Positions 42,450-55,000 of a DNA stretch of 64,000 bases are shown piece by piece. Every line of letters begins with the position of its first letter. Within the stretch, counting starts at the first letter, position 1. Under the pieces are notes generated by a model. It saw only the letters and a list, made by a program, of their open reading frames with translations. It was not told the DNA's origin and did not search any database. Origin of the DNA: Histomonas meleagridis 2922-C6/04-290x (taxonomy: Eukaryota > Protista > Parabasalia); assembly GCA_020184695.1 (NCBI GenBank), contig JAANOX010000235.1, positions 1 to 64,000 of the forward strand, given 5' to 3'. Both the position numbers and the translations under genes were made by a program.

Positions 42450-42840
42450 TTCGGGTCTGAAAAATATCAGTCTACGGTTATCTCGTCAAGCCTGAATTTT
42501 GAGTATTTTATTGGAAATTGAAAAGTTGTTGAGTCAATGGTCATTCAATCAATGTTAAAAAATCTGACAGCTTTTGGCCTTAAGCTTTTGAAGTCAAACG
42601 TGAAAAGTGATGTGTTTTTTTTTTGAAATCAATATTACATTAAGTCTCCTTTAGGTTTGTGTTTTTGAGTTTATTATAGAAATTATGATGAAAGTTAATG
42701 AATAAAACAAGCTTTAGGATTTAAAAAGAATTCTTGAAGTTTCAATTTTGAAATCGGAATCCGAATGTTAAGACATTATATCGATGATAATACTTAAAAT
42801 GATTAAGTTTGTTCATATAAAAGTTTTAGTTAACATAATA

Positions 42841-44115
42841 TTACATATTTCCATAAATTTGGTTCAATCGATTCTGCGCATTTTTCAACCTCAAATCTTT
42901 GATTTTCTTTTCTAATGTGCTCTCGTCGTCTTCATTTTTCTTTCCTTCTTTCTTTGTTTCATTGTTTCCTTTTGCCATCATTCTTTCTATTGTTTGTTTT
43001 TTCTGTGCAATGAGTTTCATTTTCTTTGTGTTCTCATTTGCAAGCTGAGAAAGCTCTAGTCTTGGCGCTTGTACCTTTTCCCATAGTGTATCTATGTTTC
43101 CTTTTGGCGTGCCACTTTTGCACTTTTTGCTCCACTTTTTGATAATGAATAGAAATTTCTCCCTTTCATCAGCGTTAAGTTGACCACTTTTTGCTGAGCC
43201 AACAGACTTCCTTTTCTCAAGGTGTTGTAATTGGTTCCTTAAAGACCTTAATTCTGCTTTAGCATCAATGTATGCTTTTGTTAACATTTCCTTTTCTTGT
43301 TTCCATGCAAGAGATTCTTCATTTGCATCAATTATTTCTTGCGATTTTTTTGTTTGTTCTTGTGAATATTGGCGTAATTCATCCATACGTTTTTGAGCTG
43401 CTTGAATACCTGCTTCGAGTTGCATCAATTCCCCTTCTTTAGACTTTATTATTCCAGCAATTTCACTGCGTTGTCCATTTTTGGAGCTAATAATACCTTC
43501 ACGCTCTGCAAGAACTTGAAGTGCGCGATTTGCTTCATCTTTAAGATTATGAAGTTGGATGACAGAATATTTCTTGTCTTGGAGTTGCACGGAAAGGAAT
43601 TCGAGAATTCTTGAGTTTTGAAGTGAAAGAATTTGTTGTTGTAAATATTCATTTTCAAGATTTAGTTGTTGCAATAAAAGGTCAGGTTCTTCATTATTTA
43701 GGAGATTTAGACGTTGCTCTAAAAGTGAAATTGGTTTATCAAGGTTTTGTACTTGAGATTTAAGACTATTAAGATCTTTTGCTTTACATTCGAGTTTACG
43801 AAGATGTTGTGGAAGAATTTTTGAGTTTGGTGATGAAGTAGGTGAAAATTGAGATGTAACAGGTAATGAACTGATGGTATCATTTGTTGAAAAAAGAATT
43901 TCATTTTTACTCTTGAGTTTTTGAATTTTAATAAGAGAGCTACTAATCCTTGTTTGTGCTAGCATTATTTCATTTGTTATCTCTTCAATTTTTTCTTTAT
44001 ATGAAGAAGACTCAGAATTTGAATCCGATTTTTCTGAGTTTGTTTTTTCTTCATTTTCTTCTACTTCTTTTGAAGCCTCATTAGAAGGAGATGATTCATT
44101 TGCTGCCGTTTTCAT
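42841..44115 (-). CDS. Coiled-coil hypothetical protein
   Basis: 424-aa ATG-initiated ORF with heptad-rich composition. Confidence 0.7.
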   Translation of the reverse strand: MKTAANESSPSNEASKEVEENEEKTNSEKSDSNSESSSYKEKIEEITNEIMLAQTRISSSLIKIQKLKSKNEILFSTNDTISSLPVTSQFSPTSSPNSKILPQHLRKLECKAKDLNSLKSQVQNLDKPISLLEQRLNLLNNEEPDLLLQQLNLENEYLQQQILSLQNSRILEFLSVQLQDKKYSVIQLHNLKDEANRALQVLAEREGIISSKNGQRSEIAGIIKSKEGELMQLEAGIQAAQKRMDELRQYSQEQTKKSQEIIDANEESLAWKQEKEMLTKAYIDAKAELRSLRNQLQHLEKRKSVGSAKSGQLNADEREKFLFIIKKWSKKCKSGTPKGNIDTLWEKVQAPRLELSQLANENTKKMKLIAQKKQTIERMMAKGNNETKKEGKKNEDDESTLEKKIKDLRLKNAQNRLNQIYGNM

Positions 44116-44534
44116 TTTTTCTTTATTTACCCTTCAACCGCATTATTTACCCTTATGGATTATGAATACTTTACACAATTTCCACTTAGCAAACAAAATA
44201 GTGATTAGAACAAATAATTACACTCTCTGCATTAAAGTTATTTTAAATTTATAGTTAGAAATAGAAATTTTACGTAAGGGCTGAAATTGCCAAAATCCGA
44301 AAAATCTACAAATTGTTACAGTCAAAATAAAAAGCCATACTTTGTGTTGATAATTAAAAACAGTCTATTTTCACCAAAATTAAAACATGGCAAGGAACTA
44401 ATGATTTGTTCCGCCTTTTGGAAAACAATTGTTTCTGAATAAAAAAGTGTCAACAGTCAGTGCCACTTTTGATTTAGAAATTCACAGGCGCAAAGTGATG
44501 AAGAAAAACGATTTTTTTGACTGTATTTTAGTAA

Positions 44535-47534
44535 TTATTTTTTGGTTGATTCTATTGTTAACTTTAAGTTGTTAATGATTTCGTCCAGTGCCTTAATTTG
44601 TGCTCCATAATTTTCGAAGTTTGCTTTGTCTGCTGCTTTCACCTTTTCGGGCACCTTTGAGTACGAAGGCGACTGCATCTTCTTTTCGAACTTTTGGTAT
44701 AGCGCCAAAATCTTTTCCTTCTTTGCCAGCGAGTTCTTCAGTTCCTTTTCGAAGTCTATCAGACCGGTCAAGTTCAGCCTCACCTCCAATGACTCGTTTA
44801 CTACTTCTGCTGAGTAGCCAGGCTCAGCCGGTGTGCCGAGTTCTACTTTAGATACATCGCCAACGAGAGCGAGTGCTTTAACTGTTTCGAATGTATTTTC
44901 TATGTTTGGAATGTTTGTTGCCACGTGCAAATCCATTTTGTTGCTTTTGATGTTATAAGTAGTCTTAATATGACGTGCTGCGTTTGCAATAGCTATGGCT
45001 GTTTCCATTTCTTGTGTTTCGAATGAATCCCATTCAGCGTTAACTTCTGGATAAGGCGCGATCATTATTGATGGGACGTCAAATCTCTTTGGTAATCTTT
45101 GCCATAAATCTTCTGTAACGAATGGCATGAATGGATGTAATAACCTTAATGATGTTTCAATACATTCATAAAGTATTGATACAATTGTTTGCTTATATTC
45201 CTCGTCATTACCTAATAAAATTGGCTTAACGTTCTCCAAGTAAACCGAACAAAATTCGTCATGGAAAAAGTGGATCAAACCCGGAACCGTTTCGCCCATT
45301 GTAAAGTATTCAAATCCGTTATAAGCCAATTTGATGGCGTTTGTCAATTTCTTCAAAATCCATTTGTCAGCTATACCCAACTTACCTATCTTAGGTTCTT
45401 TAAAGTCCTTAAAGTTCGGCATAGCGTAACGAATTGCGTTCCAAATCTTATTACAGAAGTTACGATAAGAAACGATAACGTTCACATTCAAATTCGCTGT
45501 TCTCGTAGCGCCAGCAAATGAACACAACGCCATCCTCATAGCATCAGCACCGCATTGAGGTATTCCTTGTGGGAATGATGCCTTCATACCCTCTGACGCA
45601 GTCTTCATTTCTTTCGGATCTAAATGTGCTTCCTCCAAATTCTTGATCAAACTTTCCAAGTCAATTCCGTCGATAACGTGTAATGGGTTCACGACGTTTC
45701 CGAGCGACTTCGACATCTTTCTTCCTTGTGCATCTCGAACTAATGGGTGTAACAAGACGGTCTTAAATGGAACAACACCATTAAGTTCCAAACTCATCAT
45801 TACCATTCTCGAAACCCAAAATGTTAATATGTCCCAACCTGTCTCCAATATCGAGCCAGGATAATACCTCTTTAAGTCTTCTGTTTGTTCTGGCCAGCCG
45901 AATCCTGAGAATGGTAACAACGCAGAAGAGAACCACGTATCTAATACATCTTCATCTTGTATAACTTCGATATGTTCTTTTGTCACGTTAAATTTCTTCT
46001 CTGCGTTTTGGATTGCATCTTCATCATTATACCCAACGACCCAATCTTCATTCTTATCCTGTAAAACGCCATCGATCTTCACTTGGTACGCTGGAATACG
46101 ATGTCCCCACCATAGCTGTCGTGAGATACACCACGGGCGAATGTTTTCATGCCAACGCTTCCAATCGATGACGAATTCATTTGGTACGATTTTAAGTTCT
46201 CCTGTTTCGACTGCTTCAAGCGCTTTCTCTGCCATCGATTTCGTGTCGACGAACCATTGCTTCTTGATGATTTGTTCCACAATGTCGCCACTACGTTGTG
46301 TGATTCCAAGGCGCATTTCATGATCTTGTTCATGATCATAAAGTCCTAATTCCTTGAGACGTTTTGCGATTTCAACACGTGCATCAAAACGTGGTAATCC
46401 TGCAAACTCTGGACAAATGTCATTAATTTTTCCATCTTCAGTAAATATGTTTGTGAATTTAAGATTATGACGTAAGCCGCATTCGAAATCGTTTGGATCA
46501 TGTGCTGGTGTAACTTTAACTACGCCAGTACCAAAGTCCATTTCAACTAATGTGTCATCACAGATAATTGGTATTGTGATCTTACGGAATGGATGATAGA
46601 CTGATTTGCCATGTAAATGCGTATAACGTGGATCTTTGCTGTTGATGGCAACTGCTTCATCGCCTAACATGGTCTCGAGTCGGGTGGTGGCGATAAGAAC
46701 GGTTTCGGAGGTTGGTTGACCGTTATCGTCGGCAATTTGGTATTTGAAGTATGTGAAGACGCCGAATGGATATTTCTCGTATTTGTGATTGGGGACTGGT
46801 AATAGTGTACGTTTGGAGATTGTTTTGTATTCTACTTCGGCATCGGAAATTGCTGTTTGTAATGCACAGTCCCAATTAACTAAGCGCTCTGCACGATATA
46901 TCTTGCCTTTGTTGAAGAGACGAATGAAGGTCTCTTTGACGGATTTGGATCGGGTTTCATCAAGTGTAAAGAAATATCGATCCCAATCAAGAGATGATCC
47001 TAACATCTTAAGTTGGTTGTTAATGTTACCGCCATATTTCTTAGTCCAAGCATGTGCATGTTCAAGGAATTCTTCACGTGAAATGTCATGGCGGGTAATG
47101 CCACGCTCTATTTGAAGCATTTTCTCAACACGTACTTGTGTTGCTATACCTGCATGATCCGTACCTGGAAGCCAAACAACATCTTCACCTTTCATACGAT
47201 GAAAACGGATAATTGCATCTTCAATTGAAGCTGTAAGTGCATGGCCAAGGTGAAGTTCACCAGTGACATTGGGTGGTGGAAGAACCATTACATATTTTTT
47301 ATCAGATGTTTCATTTGGCTTAAAGAATCCTTGTTTTTGCCACCATGAATACCACGCTGCTTCGACACGTGGTGGACAATAAGTTGCTGGGAATTCATCA
47401 AGATTTGGCTTTTCGCCTGGTGGCGTCGGATTGTCATATGTCATCTTGTCAGCAGTCTTCTTAAGTGGAGCTGCTTTGTTTACTGGAGTCTTGAGTACTT
47501 TCTCCTTTCGTTGCGCTTTGTTTGTTACAGACAT
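44535..47534 (-). CDS. VARS: Valyl-tRNA synthetase
   Basis: PPPNVTGELHLGH (HIGH), PGTDHAGIATQ, WCISRQLWWGHRIP, DVLDTWFSS, GRKMSKSLGN (KMSKS); first ATG at 47534. Confidence 0.97.
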   Translation of the reverse strand: MSVTNKAQRKEKVLKTPVNKAAPLKKTADKMTYDNPTPPGEKPNLDEFPATYCPPRVEAAWYSWWQKQGFFKPNETSDKKYVMVLPPPNVTGELHLGHALTASIEDAIIRFHRMKGEDVVWLPGTDHAGIATQVRVEKMLQIERGITRHDISREEFLEHAHAWTKKYGGNINNQLKMLGSSLDWDRYFFTLDETRSKSVKETFIRLFNKGKIYRAERLVNWDCALQTAISDAEVEYKTISKRTLLPVPNHKYEKYPFGVFTYFKYQIADDNGQPTSETVLIATTRLETMLGDEAVAINSKDPRYTHLHGKSVYHPFRKITIPIICDDTLVEMDFGTGVVKVTPAHDPNDFECGLRHNLKFTNIFTEDGKINDICPEFAGLPRFDARVEIAKRLKELGLYDHEQDHEMRLGITQRSGDIVEQIIKKQWFVDTKSMAEKALEAVETGELKIVPNEFVIDWKRWHENIRPWCISRQLWWGHRIPAYQVKIDGVLQDKNEDWVVGYNDEDAIQNAEKKFNVTKEHIEVIQDEDVLDTWFSSALLPFSGFGWPEQTEDLKRYYPGSILETGWDILTFWVSRMVMMSLELNGVVPFKTVLLHPLVRDAQGRKMSKSLGNVVNPLHVIDGIDLESLIKNLEEAHLDPKEMKTASEGMKASFPQGIPQCGADAMRMALCSFAGATRTANLNVNVIVSYRNFCNKIWNAIRYAMPNFKDFKEPKIGKLGIADKWILKKLTNAIKLAYNGFEYFTMGETVPGLIHFFHDEFCSVYLENVKPILLGNDEEYKQTIVSILYECIETSLRLLHPFMPFVTEDLWQRLPKRFDVPSIMIAPYPEVNAEWDSFETQEMETAIAIANAARHIKTTYNIKSNKMDLHVATNIPNIENTFETVKALALVGDVSKVELGTPAEPGYSAEVVNESLEVRLNLTGLIDFEKELKNSLAKKEKILALYQKFEKKMQSPSYSKVPEKVKAADKANFENYGAQIKALDEIINNLKLTIESTKK

Positions 47535-48357
47535 CAACAAAATTGTTGGCTGACCAAAACTTACTGTATTGCGAACTTTACTTGGCAGGCAATATTTTCC
47601 CTCAATTTGTAAACATAATAAATTTTACTCAATTGAAATTCAAATGAAATATTTGCAAAATTAGAAAAGAAAAAGATGAAGTAACAGCGTAATAGGCTTT
47701 GCTAATATTATTTGAAAATGATTTTTGGAGTGAAGAAAAGTACGATGGAATTTTTTGGACAAAACGATCATTTCTTCTTCAAATATTTGGTGTAAATTTG
47801 TCTTTTGTGCATAAAAAATTCGGAAGCTCTTTTTCTAGTCAAGGAAATGGTTTATGGTAAGCATCTTGCAAATTGTGATTTCGGTTGTAAAAAAGTTTAG
47901 TTTAGTTATATTTTTTCAATTATTTTGTGTAAAACATCAGAAAGGCCAAACACATTATAGTACAATGAATATTTCGTGAAATTATTTGAAGAAAAGAGTT
48001 AATTCAAATGAGACCGAACACTTCAATTCTATCATTCATTTTGTTTCTTATATACACAAATGTTTTCATGAGTTAAACTTATCAAGCGCTCAGCCTTAAA
48101 TATTTAATATTAAATATTTTTGAGTAATAATTCACTTTGGTAAAAAATCGTTTACGTTGAATAAATTATTTATAATTCACAAATTATCCAATTTTTTTTA
48201 GCCTTACAATGTATTTAATAATTCATTTCTTGTTATTGAAATTGAAATTAATGATACACAAATATATCTAAAAGATATTTAATGTTTATTCTTAAAAAAA
48301 AAATGGTTTTAATATCGCATATATTTCTTTTGTTGCTTATTTTATATTCAAACAAAA

Positions 48358-49636
48358 TTACATTTGCACAATAAATTTATCTTCTTTGAAATCATCAGCG
48401 AAAGGGTCTTCTTCAATTGTCGACATAGAAATTCCTGTTACAAATGTATTTGTGGTTTCTTTTTTGTTTTCATTTTCTTCTGAACTTTCGTTTTTAATAT
48501 TTTCTGATTTTTTGTTTCGAATTCGAATCAATAATACGACAAGTAGTGTTATAATGATTATAACTATAATAACAACGCAAACAATAATAATAATTGTCGT
48601 TATATTATTATCATTACTTAGGAATTCATTTATATTAATATATGTATAGAAATTTGAATAATAATTATAATATGTCGTATAAATAACAATTGTGTAATCA
48701 TAATAAAAAAATTTGGTTTCAATATATGAAAACATTGAATTACTTAAAAATAATGAAAATGATTTTATTTGAGTTTCTAAAACAGTTAACGAATGAGTAA
48801 TAGATACTGAAATGGTCATTATATAAGAAAATGATAAAGTTAAATAACTTTGAAGTGATTTTATAAATGTATTCGACATAGTGAATGCATTTGAATTTGT
48901 GAATGTGTTTGATTTAGTGAATGTATTCGATTGTGTATATGTGTTTGATTTACCGATTGTGTTTGATTGTGTATATGTATGAGATTTAGTGAATGTGTTC
49001 GAATTAGCAAATGTATTGGAACGTGAAAATGAATGAGTAAATAATGGTGTGCATTCTCCTTGTTTATAATCATTCACTGTAAATGGACCAAATCTTGTAT
49101 CTTCATATGTTGGATATGTAAGAACTGTTGCATTAACTGAAGAAAAAGCACTTTCTCCAATCGATGGTGGTGAAATACCATAATAATAAATGCATTGAAG
49201 GTTATAACATTGCGAAAATGCACCATATGATATGGTTTCTAATCCTGTGCCAAGTGTTAATATCTTTAACCCATAACAACCTGAAAATGCTGAGGACCCA
49301 ATGAATTGAACTGAATTTGGAATTGTAATATTTATTAGTGATATACAATTTGCAGGTGCCTTCTCTCCAAAACTTGTTAATCCTGTGCCAAGTGCCAAAA
49401 TTGTCAAATTATAACAATTTGAAAATGCTGAGTTTCCAATGCTTGTTACTGAATTACTAAAATTGACACAAACAACGAATGGCCATTCAATAAAAGCGCC
49501 CTGAATTATAGTAATGTTTTCACCAATAAAATATTAGTATAATTATTAATATCAGCAAAATCATTAATATTTTCGATTAAAAGCATTGAGTTATTATCAT
49601 TGAAAATTATTTGAGCAAATTCTTATAAGAATTCAT
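48358..49636 (-). CDS. BspA-like (TpLRR) surface protein with Thr/Ser/Asn stalk, TM and acidic tail
   Basis: LRR units such as IPNSVQFIGSSAFSGCYGL and LGTGLETISYGAFSQCYNL; SNTFT-type stalk repeats; TM IIIIVCVVIIVIIIITLLVVLLI; tail EEDPFADDFKEDKF. The 5' part (49407-49636) is reachable through small frameshifts. Confidence 0.8.
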
Positions 49637-50937
49637 GAAAAAAGAACAAAAATGAAATTGCTTTTGGTTTCTTTTGTTTTCAATTCATATTTTTGAAAAA
49701 CTTTTTTCTGAAGTAATTTGATATAAACCGCTATCAACAGCATTGAAAAAATTGTATTAATGTGAAGTAAACATTTGAATGCAACTGATTCAAAACTGTT
49801 GACGTTGTGCATCAAAGAAGAAAAAGAAAATTTCCAATGTAATAATAAGATACATAATCATAGCATTGATCCAAAGTTTGTAGAGGAGGTATAGCTTGAT
49901 CAAATGTAATGATTCCAATTGATTGTTTATGAGAAATTGTAAAATCTGATTCTAAAAGTTTTTTCTTGGGAGCTAAAACATGGTTCATTGGCATCGCACA
50001 TATAATGTTTAAGATGAGTTTCGCATCGAAATGACATTTGGTGAATGCTGTTGAAAAATTGCAAAAAATTAATTTTTTTTTGGTTATAGTTTCAAAGATT
50101 GGAACATCCACGTCGTGAGCATGTGCAAGTTCTTATTTTTTTCTGCATTTTGGCATATGTAAAAATTTTATGTGTTTGAAAAATGGACATTTAAGCTTCG
50201 ATTGAGTTATAAGTTGCTTTGAGACCTGCAAAATGAGTATTAATTGAACCGTTTTCATTTTTTAAGATGAAATATAGTCGAAGCACTTTACCAAATACAC
50301 ATCGGCCATACAAAAGTTAAAATTCACACGGTTAAATGATGAAGAGCCTATTGTTTTCTTGAAATTTTTCAATTCAATCAGAGAATCTTTCAATCGATAT
50401 TTAAAGTGAACAAGTCAACCACATGAATAAAATGCTCTTACAGCCACTTTTAAATAATATAATGAAAGCTCATTTGAAAGCTGAAAAGATTTGATGGAAA
50501 AAAAATTTTTTTTCGTTTGAAATTCAATGACTTTGGATAGAGAATTGTGTCAAATATGTTCAAATTTCACTTTTTCTCTATAAGTGATCAAAGTGTTTCT
50601 TTACGTAATAGGAATTTATACTTAATACAGATATTTTGTTTTGTTGTGTTGTGCCAACATCGACAGCATACATTGACTCTACTCCTCACTTCGAATTCTT
50701 TGTAATATTACATGTTCATATGATTATATCATTGTCTGAATAAATGATAAACACAAATGATATTAAAGATATTAAATAACTTTAATATTAATTATCAACA
50801 AGAAACTTCGAAGTGAACAAACCTAAACGTTGATTGAATTCAAAGCTTTATGCTTGGGGAAAAAGATATCTTTTGTTATGAATTTCTTTGGTGTTGAATG
50901 ATACCATTAAATGCTGTTACTTGAATATTATATAATT

Positions 50938-53900
50938 TTAATCAAAAGCTTTCTCGCTAATGTCTTTTTCGTTTTGTTCAGTTACAATGTCGATCGCTTC
51001 AGCTTTCGTAATCTCTGAAGAGGTACTATGACCTTTTTCATATTTAACAGTGAAATATTTATCACATTCTTCGAGAAATTCCTTTTTGAAAGTAGTGAAT
51101 ATAATTTGCGATTTTTCATTTTCGTTATTTGAGATTTCCATAATTTTCGCCACATCTCTTCGGTATTTATCATCAAGTGCTGCGTCAACTTCATCAAACA
51201 AATAAAAAGGCGCAGGTAAATATTGCTGAATCGCAAATACTAAAGTTAAAGAAACTAATGCCTTTTGTCCGCCACTTAATTGTGAAAGAGAAGAAACTTC
51301 ATGTTGACCATCGAATTGTATATTAATTGATATACCATTTTGTTCGAGTAATAATTTACCATTTCCTCTTGGCTCTAATATCGAAAATATCTTTGTGAAA
51401 TTCTCTGATATTTGTGCAAATGTTTTCCGAATTGCTTCGTCTTTTTTTTGATCCAAACTTTCGATTAATTTTAGAATTGAGTTTTCACTTTCTTTTAGTT
51501 CTATTCTTTTAATTTCTAAGTTTTCTCTTTGGGAACTAAATTGATTATATTGATCAATTGCTTTTTTGTTTATATATTTGAACTTTGATTGTGACTTTTT
51601 AATTTCATTAAGTTTTCGATGAAGTTTTTTAATGGATAAATTTTCCATTTCATTAATTTCATTTGTTGGTATCATTCCAATGTTTCTAAGTAAATTCATT
51701 GATTCATTTCTTCTTTGTTGTAATAATGAAATTGTCATTATAAGTTTCTCGAGTATTTTCTTTTCATTATTTATAATTTTATTAATTTCTTTTTCTTCAT
51801 TTTGTAATTCATTAACATTTTGTTCAATAATGGAAATTTGATGATTTTTATCAGTAATTTTATCATCAATATCATTAATCATTAAAGTAAATTCTTGAAT
51901 TTTCTGTTCAATAATTCCATTTTCATTTTCTAATTTTGTTAATTCTGATTCAAATTGATTAATTTGTATCTTTTCGATTTCTTCAATTATTCTTTTCTTT
52001 CGTGGCTGATAATTATTTTTAAGATTATTTGTCAATTCCGATATTTTTGTATATAAAATATTATATTGTTTTTGTATTTCTTCTTTTTGTTTTAATAAAT
52101 CATTTAATTCTTTTATACTTTTTTCATCAAATTTATTATTTTGTTGATTCAAATATGATAATTTTTCATTTAAAGACAAAATGAATTTTGTTAAATTTTC
52201 GATTTTCTTATTCATTTCATTGATTTGATTTTGTTTCACTTCTATTTCTTTTCGTAGTAAATCAATTTCAATTCCTTTTTTCTCTTCATTAAGATAAGTT
52301 ATATTTAATGATATTTCTTTTGATTGTTCATTTAAATTCTTTTGTTCTTCATTAGCATTATATAATTCATTTTTAATGTTTTGGATTTCGTTTTGAATAT
52401 TTTCTTTTATTTGTTCATTGTTCATAATTTGTAATGATATTGCAAAAGGTGTTAATTTCTTTCGATATGATCCACCAGTTAATTCACCTCTAACACTTAC
52501 ATATTCACCTGCACGTGTTACGCAATTAACGTTATATTCCGTAGAAATTTTTGTTGCTTCTTCAAGTGTATTAGCTAATGCAACATTACCAAATATTTTA
52601 AGTATTATTGGTTCGAATTTTTTATCATATTTAAGTTGAGATATTAATGTTGGAACTTGATTTGGTATAAAAATTTTTTTATTTTTAATCCTATTTAATG
52701 ATACAAATGCAATTCTTCCTAATTTATTTTCTAATAAATAATTAATTAACGTTTCCGCTATATCGTCATTATCAACTACATAATAAAATAATTGTGATTT
52801 TGCTACAATACAAATCGCATTTGATAGTTCATATTCACATGATATTAAATCATATACAGGTGAATAAATTCCTTCTTTTTTGATTTGTTGGATTGAAAAA
52901 ATTGCATCTCCAATATCATGTGGCATCATTTTAAATATTTTTGTTTTTAATTTATTAATTTCATTTTCGATTTTAGTTAATTCATTTAGATGTTTATCTT
53001 CTTTTTTCCATAATTCTTTAATATGATTTGTTATAAAATTATTTCTTTCATCAATTAAATTTCGTTGATTATATAATTCATTTAATTTACTTTCATTTTG
53101 ATTTTGTTCTTCATTTAAATATCCTAATTCATTTAATTTGGTGTCAACTTCAATTTGAATTTGTTCTTTCTCTTTTTCGATCATTTCTATTTTGTGTTGT
53201 GTATTTACTAATTCATCTTCGACTTCTTTTGGACTTTGTGTACATCCTCCAACAATTTGTTGTAATCCTTCAATTTTCCCTTCGATTAAAGCCTTTTGAT
53301 CAGATATTTTATTATATTCTTCTTGAATTTGTTCTAATTCATTTTCACAATTTGTTATACTTGAATCAATTCTTGATAATTTATTATTTAATGTATTTTG
53401 AATTCGCTTTTCACTTTTGATTTTTAATTGTATTTCTTGAATTTTGAATTCTGTCATTTTTTGATTGCATTTCATTTCATTATTTTGTTCTTCAATTTTT
53501 CCTTTTTCATTATTTAATTCTTTTTCTTCTTCAATTAATACTTTCATTTCATTTTGTTGACTTTTTATTTGTTGATGGATATTTTCATATTCATATAATT
53601 TTTGTTCGATTTCTTCTTTTTTATTGTTTCTTTCGATATCTTTCATATTTAATTCGTTTTCTGTTGTTTCCATCTCTTTGTTACTAATTAAATAATCAAT
53701 TGCCTTTTTATATTTTTCGATTCTTTCATATTCTTCAAGTTCTTCTTTTTCAACTTCTAATTGTGTAATTCTTTCAATGATATATTCGAATGATTCTTGG
53801 ATTTTATTAATTCTTTCATTCGATTCATTTAACATTTTTAATGCATTTTCTCTTTGTTTATCATAGTATTTTGTTCCTGCAATTTCCATTAGTAAATCAA

Positions 53901-54366
53901 GTCTATTTGAATCTTTCATTAATGTTAAGCCATTAATTTTTCCTTGGCGAACAATATAATAACCATTTGATGGAGAAAATCCACAACTTTCGAGTAAATT
54001 ATGAACTTCTTTTAATGTTGAAATTTTGTTATTTATTTGATATTCATCTTTTTTGATTCCAATACTTCTTTTAATAGATACATAATCAGTATCAATAGGT
54101 ATTTGTCTTTTAGCATTATCAAAGATTATTTCAACAGATGCAAATTTTCCAGATCTTGTATGACCATCATGAATTAAAGCTTTTTTATCAGATACTCTTA
54201 AATGTGTATATTCATCCAATAAAACGAACCCAATGGCTGAATAAAAATTTGATTTACCTGATCCATTTAAACCGATAATTGCATTTCTTCCTGGTGTAAA
54301 AGGACCAAATGTTATTGTTTGGTCATACGATTTAAATCCATTAACAATAACTTTATGTATGAACAT
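50938..54366 (-). CDS. SMC3: Cohesin subunit SMC3
   Basis: MFIHKVIVNGFKSY...GLNGSGKSNFYSAIGFVLLDEYTHL (Walker A, SMC3-type N-terminus); hinge region; LSGGQKALVSL and PAPFYLFDEVDAALD. Confidence 0.92.
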   Translation of the reverse strand: MFIHKVIVNGFKSYDQTITFGPFTPGRNAIIGLNGSGKSNFYSAIGFVLLDEYTHLRVSDKKALIHDGHTRSGKFASVEIIFDNAKRQIPIDTDYVSIKRSIGIKKDEYQINNKISTLKEVHNLLESCGFSPSNGYYIVRQGKINGLTLMKDSNRLDLLMEIAGTKYYDKQRENALKMLNESNERINKIQESFEYIIERITQLEVEKEELEEYERIEKYKKAIDYLISNKEMETTENELNMKDIERNNKKEEIEQKLYEYENIHQQIKSQQNEMKVLIEEEKELNNEKGKIEEQNNEMKCNQKMTEFKIQEIQLKIKSEKRIQNTLNNKLSRIDSSITNCENELEQIQEEYNKISDQKALIEGKIEGLQQIVGGCTQSPKEVEDELVNTQHKIEMIEKEKEQIQIEVDTKLNELGYLNEEQNQNESKLNELYNQRNLIDERNNFITNHIKELWKKEDKHLNELTKIENEINKLKTKIFKMMPHDIGDAIFSIQQIKKEGIYSPVYDLISCEYELSNAICIVAKSQLFYYVVDNDDIAETLINYLLENKLGRIAFVSLNRIKNKKIFIPNQVPTLISQLKYDKKFEPIILKIFGNVALANTLEEATKISTEYNVNCVTRAGEYVSVRGELTGGSYRKKLTPFAISLQIMNNEQIKENIQNEIQNIKNELYNANEEQKNLNEQSKEISLNITYLNEEKKGIEIDLLRKEIEVKQNQINEMNKKIENLTKFILSLNEKLSYLNQQNNKFDEKSIKELNDLLKQKEEIQKQYNILYTKISELTNNLKNNYQPRKKRIIEEIEKIQINQFESELTKLENENGIIEQKIQEFTLMINDIDDKITDKNHQISIIEQNVNELQNEEKEINKIINNEKKILEKLIMTISLLQQRRNESMNLLRNIGMIPTNEINEMENLSIKKLHRKLNEIKKSQSKFKYINKKAIDQYNQFSSQRENLEIKRIELKESENSILKLIESLDQKKDEAIRKTFAQISENFTKIFSILEPRGNGKLLLEQNGISINIQFDGQHEVSSLSQLSGGQKALVSLTLVFAIQQYLPAPFYLFDEVDAALDDKYRRDVAKIMEISNNENEKSQIIFTTFKKEFLEECDKYFTVKYEKGHSTSSEITKAEAIDIVTEQNEKDISEKAFD

Positions 54367-54443
54367 CACAAAAAAAAATGAAAATTTAACATCAAACTTT
54401 GATGTGATCTCAGTTTTTGAATAGTTTATATAAAACGGTTTAT

Positions 54444-54992
54444 TTAATGGGTTGCAACTTCAAAAACTGCATTAATTCCAGTTAATTTATGATATGCAGC
54501 ACTAAATGAACGAAGGCGATCTTCAACACGTGTCTTGTCATGTGCATCAAGTGTAACATATGTTGTGAGTTTTCCGTCAAGACCATAATGTGTGCGTTTT
54601 GCAACAATTGCTGTTGGGTAAACAACATCATCAAGAAGTCCTTCGTGGACTGCACGAAGAGTACGTCCAGCATTACGGATGGCCTTGTAACGGCGTCCTG
54701 GTTCTGGAGTCTTTGGAAATGCACGACGTTTTGCAACAATAACGACTTGTGAATTCCCAAGTTTCTTCTCAAGCTCTGGGATGAGAGCTCCTTGGATTTG
54801 ATGAAAAGCAGAGATTTGTTTGTATGGGACTTCAACAATGACAACTTTGATGCCATTTGTGGTAACTTCTTTAGCACCAGTGATCTTTAAGAGGTTCATG
54901 ACCTTTTCGTTGGCGGCGCCTTTGATTTCGCTAAATGCTGTGTCAACTTGTTTTTCAAGAGCTGTAAGTTCGCCTCTTTTGACTGTGCTCAT
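54444..54992 (-). CDS. RPS7: 40S ribosomal protein S7 (eS7)
   Basis: VVIVEVPY...IQGALIPELEKKL...VVIVAKRR...RTLRAVHEGLLDDVVYPTAIVAKR. The ATG at 54992 is favoured because CCTTT (M5) sits just upstream of it. Confidence 0.92.
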   Translation of the reverse strand: MSTVKRGELTALEKQVDTAFSEIKGAANEKVMNLLKITGAKEVTTNGIKVVIVEVPYKQISAFHQIQGALIPELEKKLGNSQVVIVAKRRAFPKTPEPGRRYKAIRNAGRTLRAVHEGLLDDVVYPTAIVAKRTHYGLDGKLTTYVTLDAHDKTRVEDRLRSFSAAYHKLTGINAVFEVATH

Positions 54993-55000
54993 AAAGATCG

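Noticed and set aside
40201-42460. Multiple antisense and alternate-frame ORFs over the 757-aa gene (also over Hsp70, ValRS, DENN)
   Set aside because: Shadow ORFs caused by low-complexity or biased codon usage of the real gene.
49800-50700. Possible transposase or Zn-finger relic (TCTCSRRGC, CCRCWH fragments on the minus strand)
   Set aside because: The fragments are short, in different frames, with no DDE motif or TIRs; unsupported.
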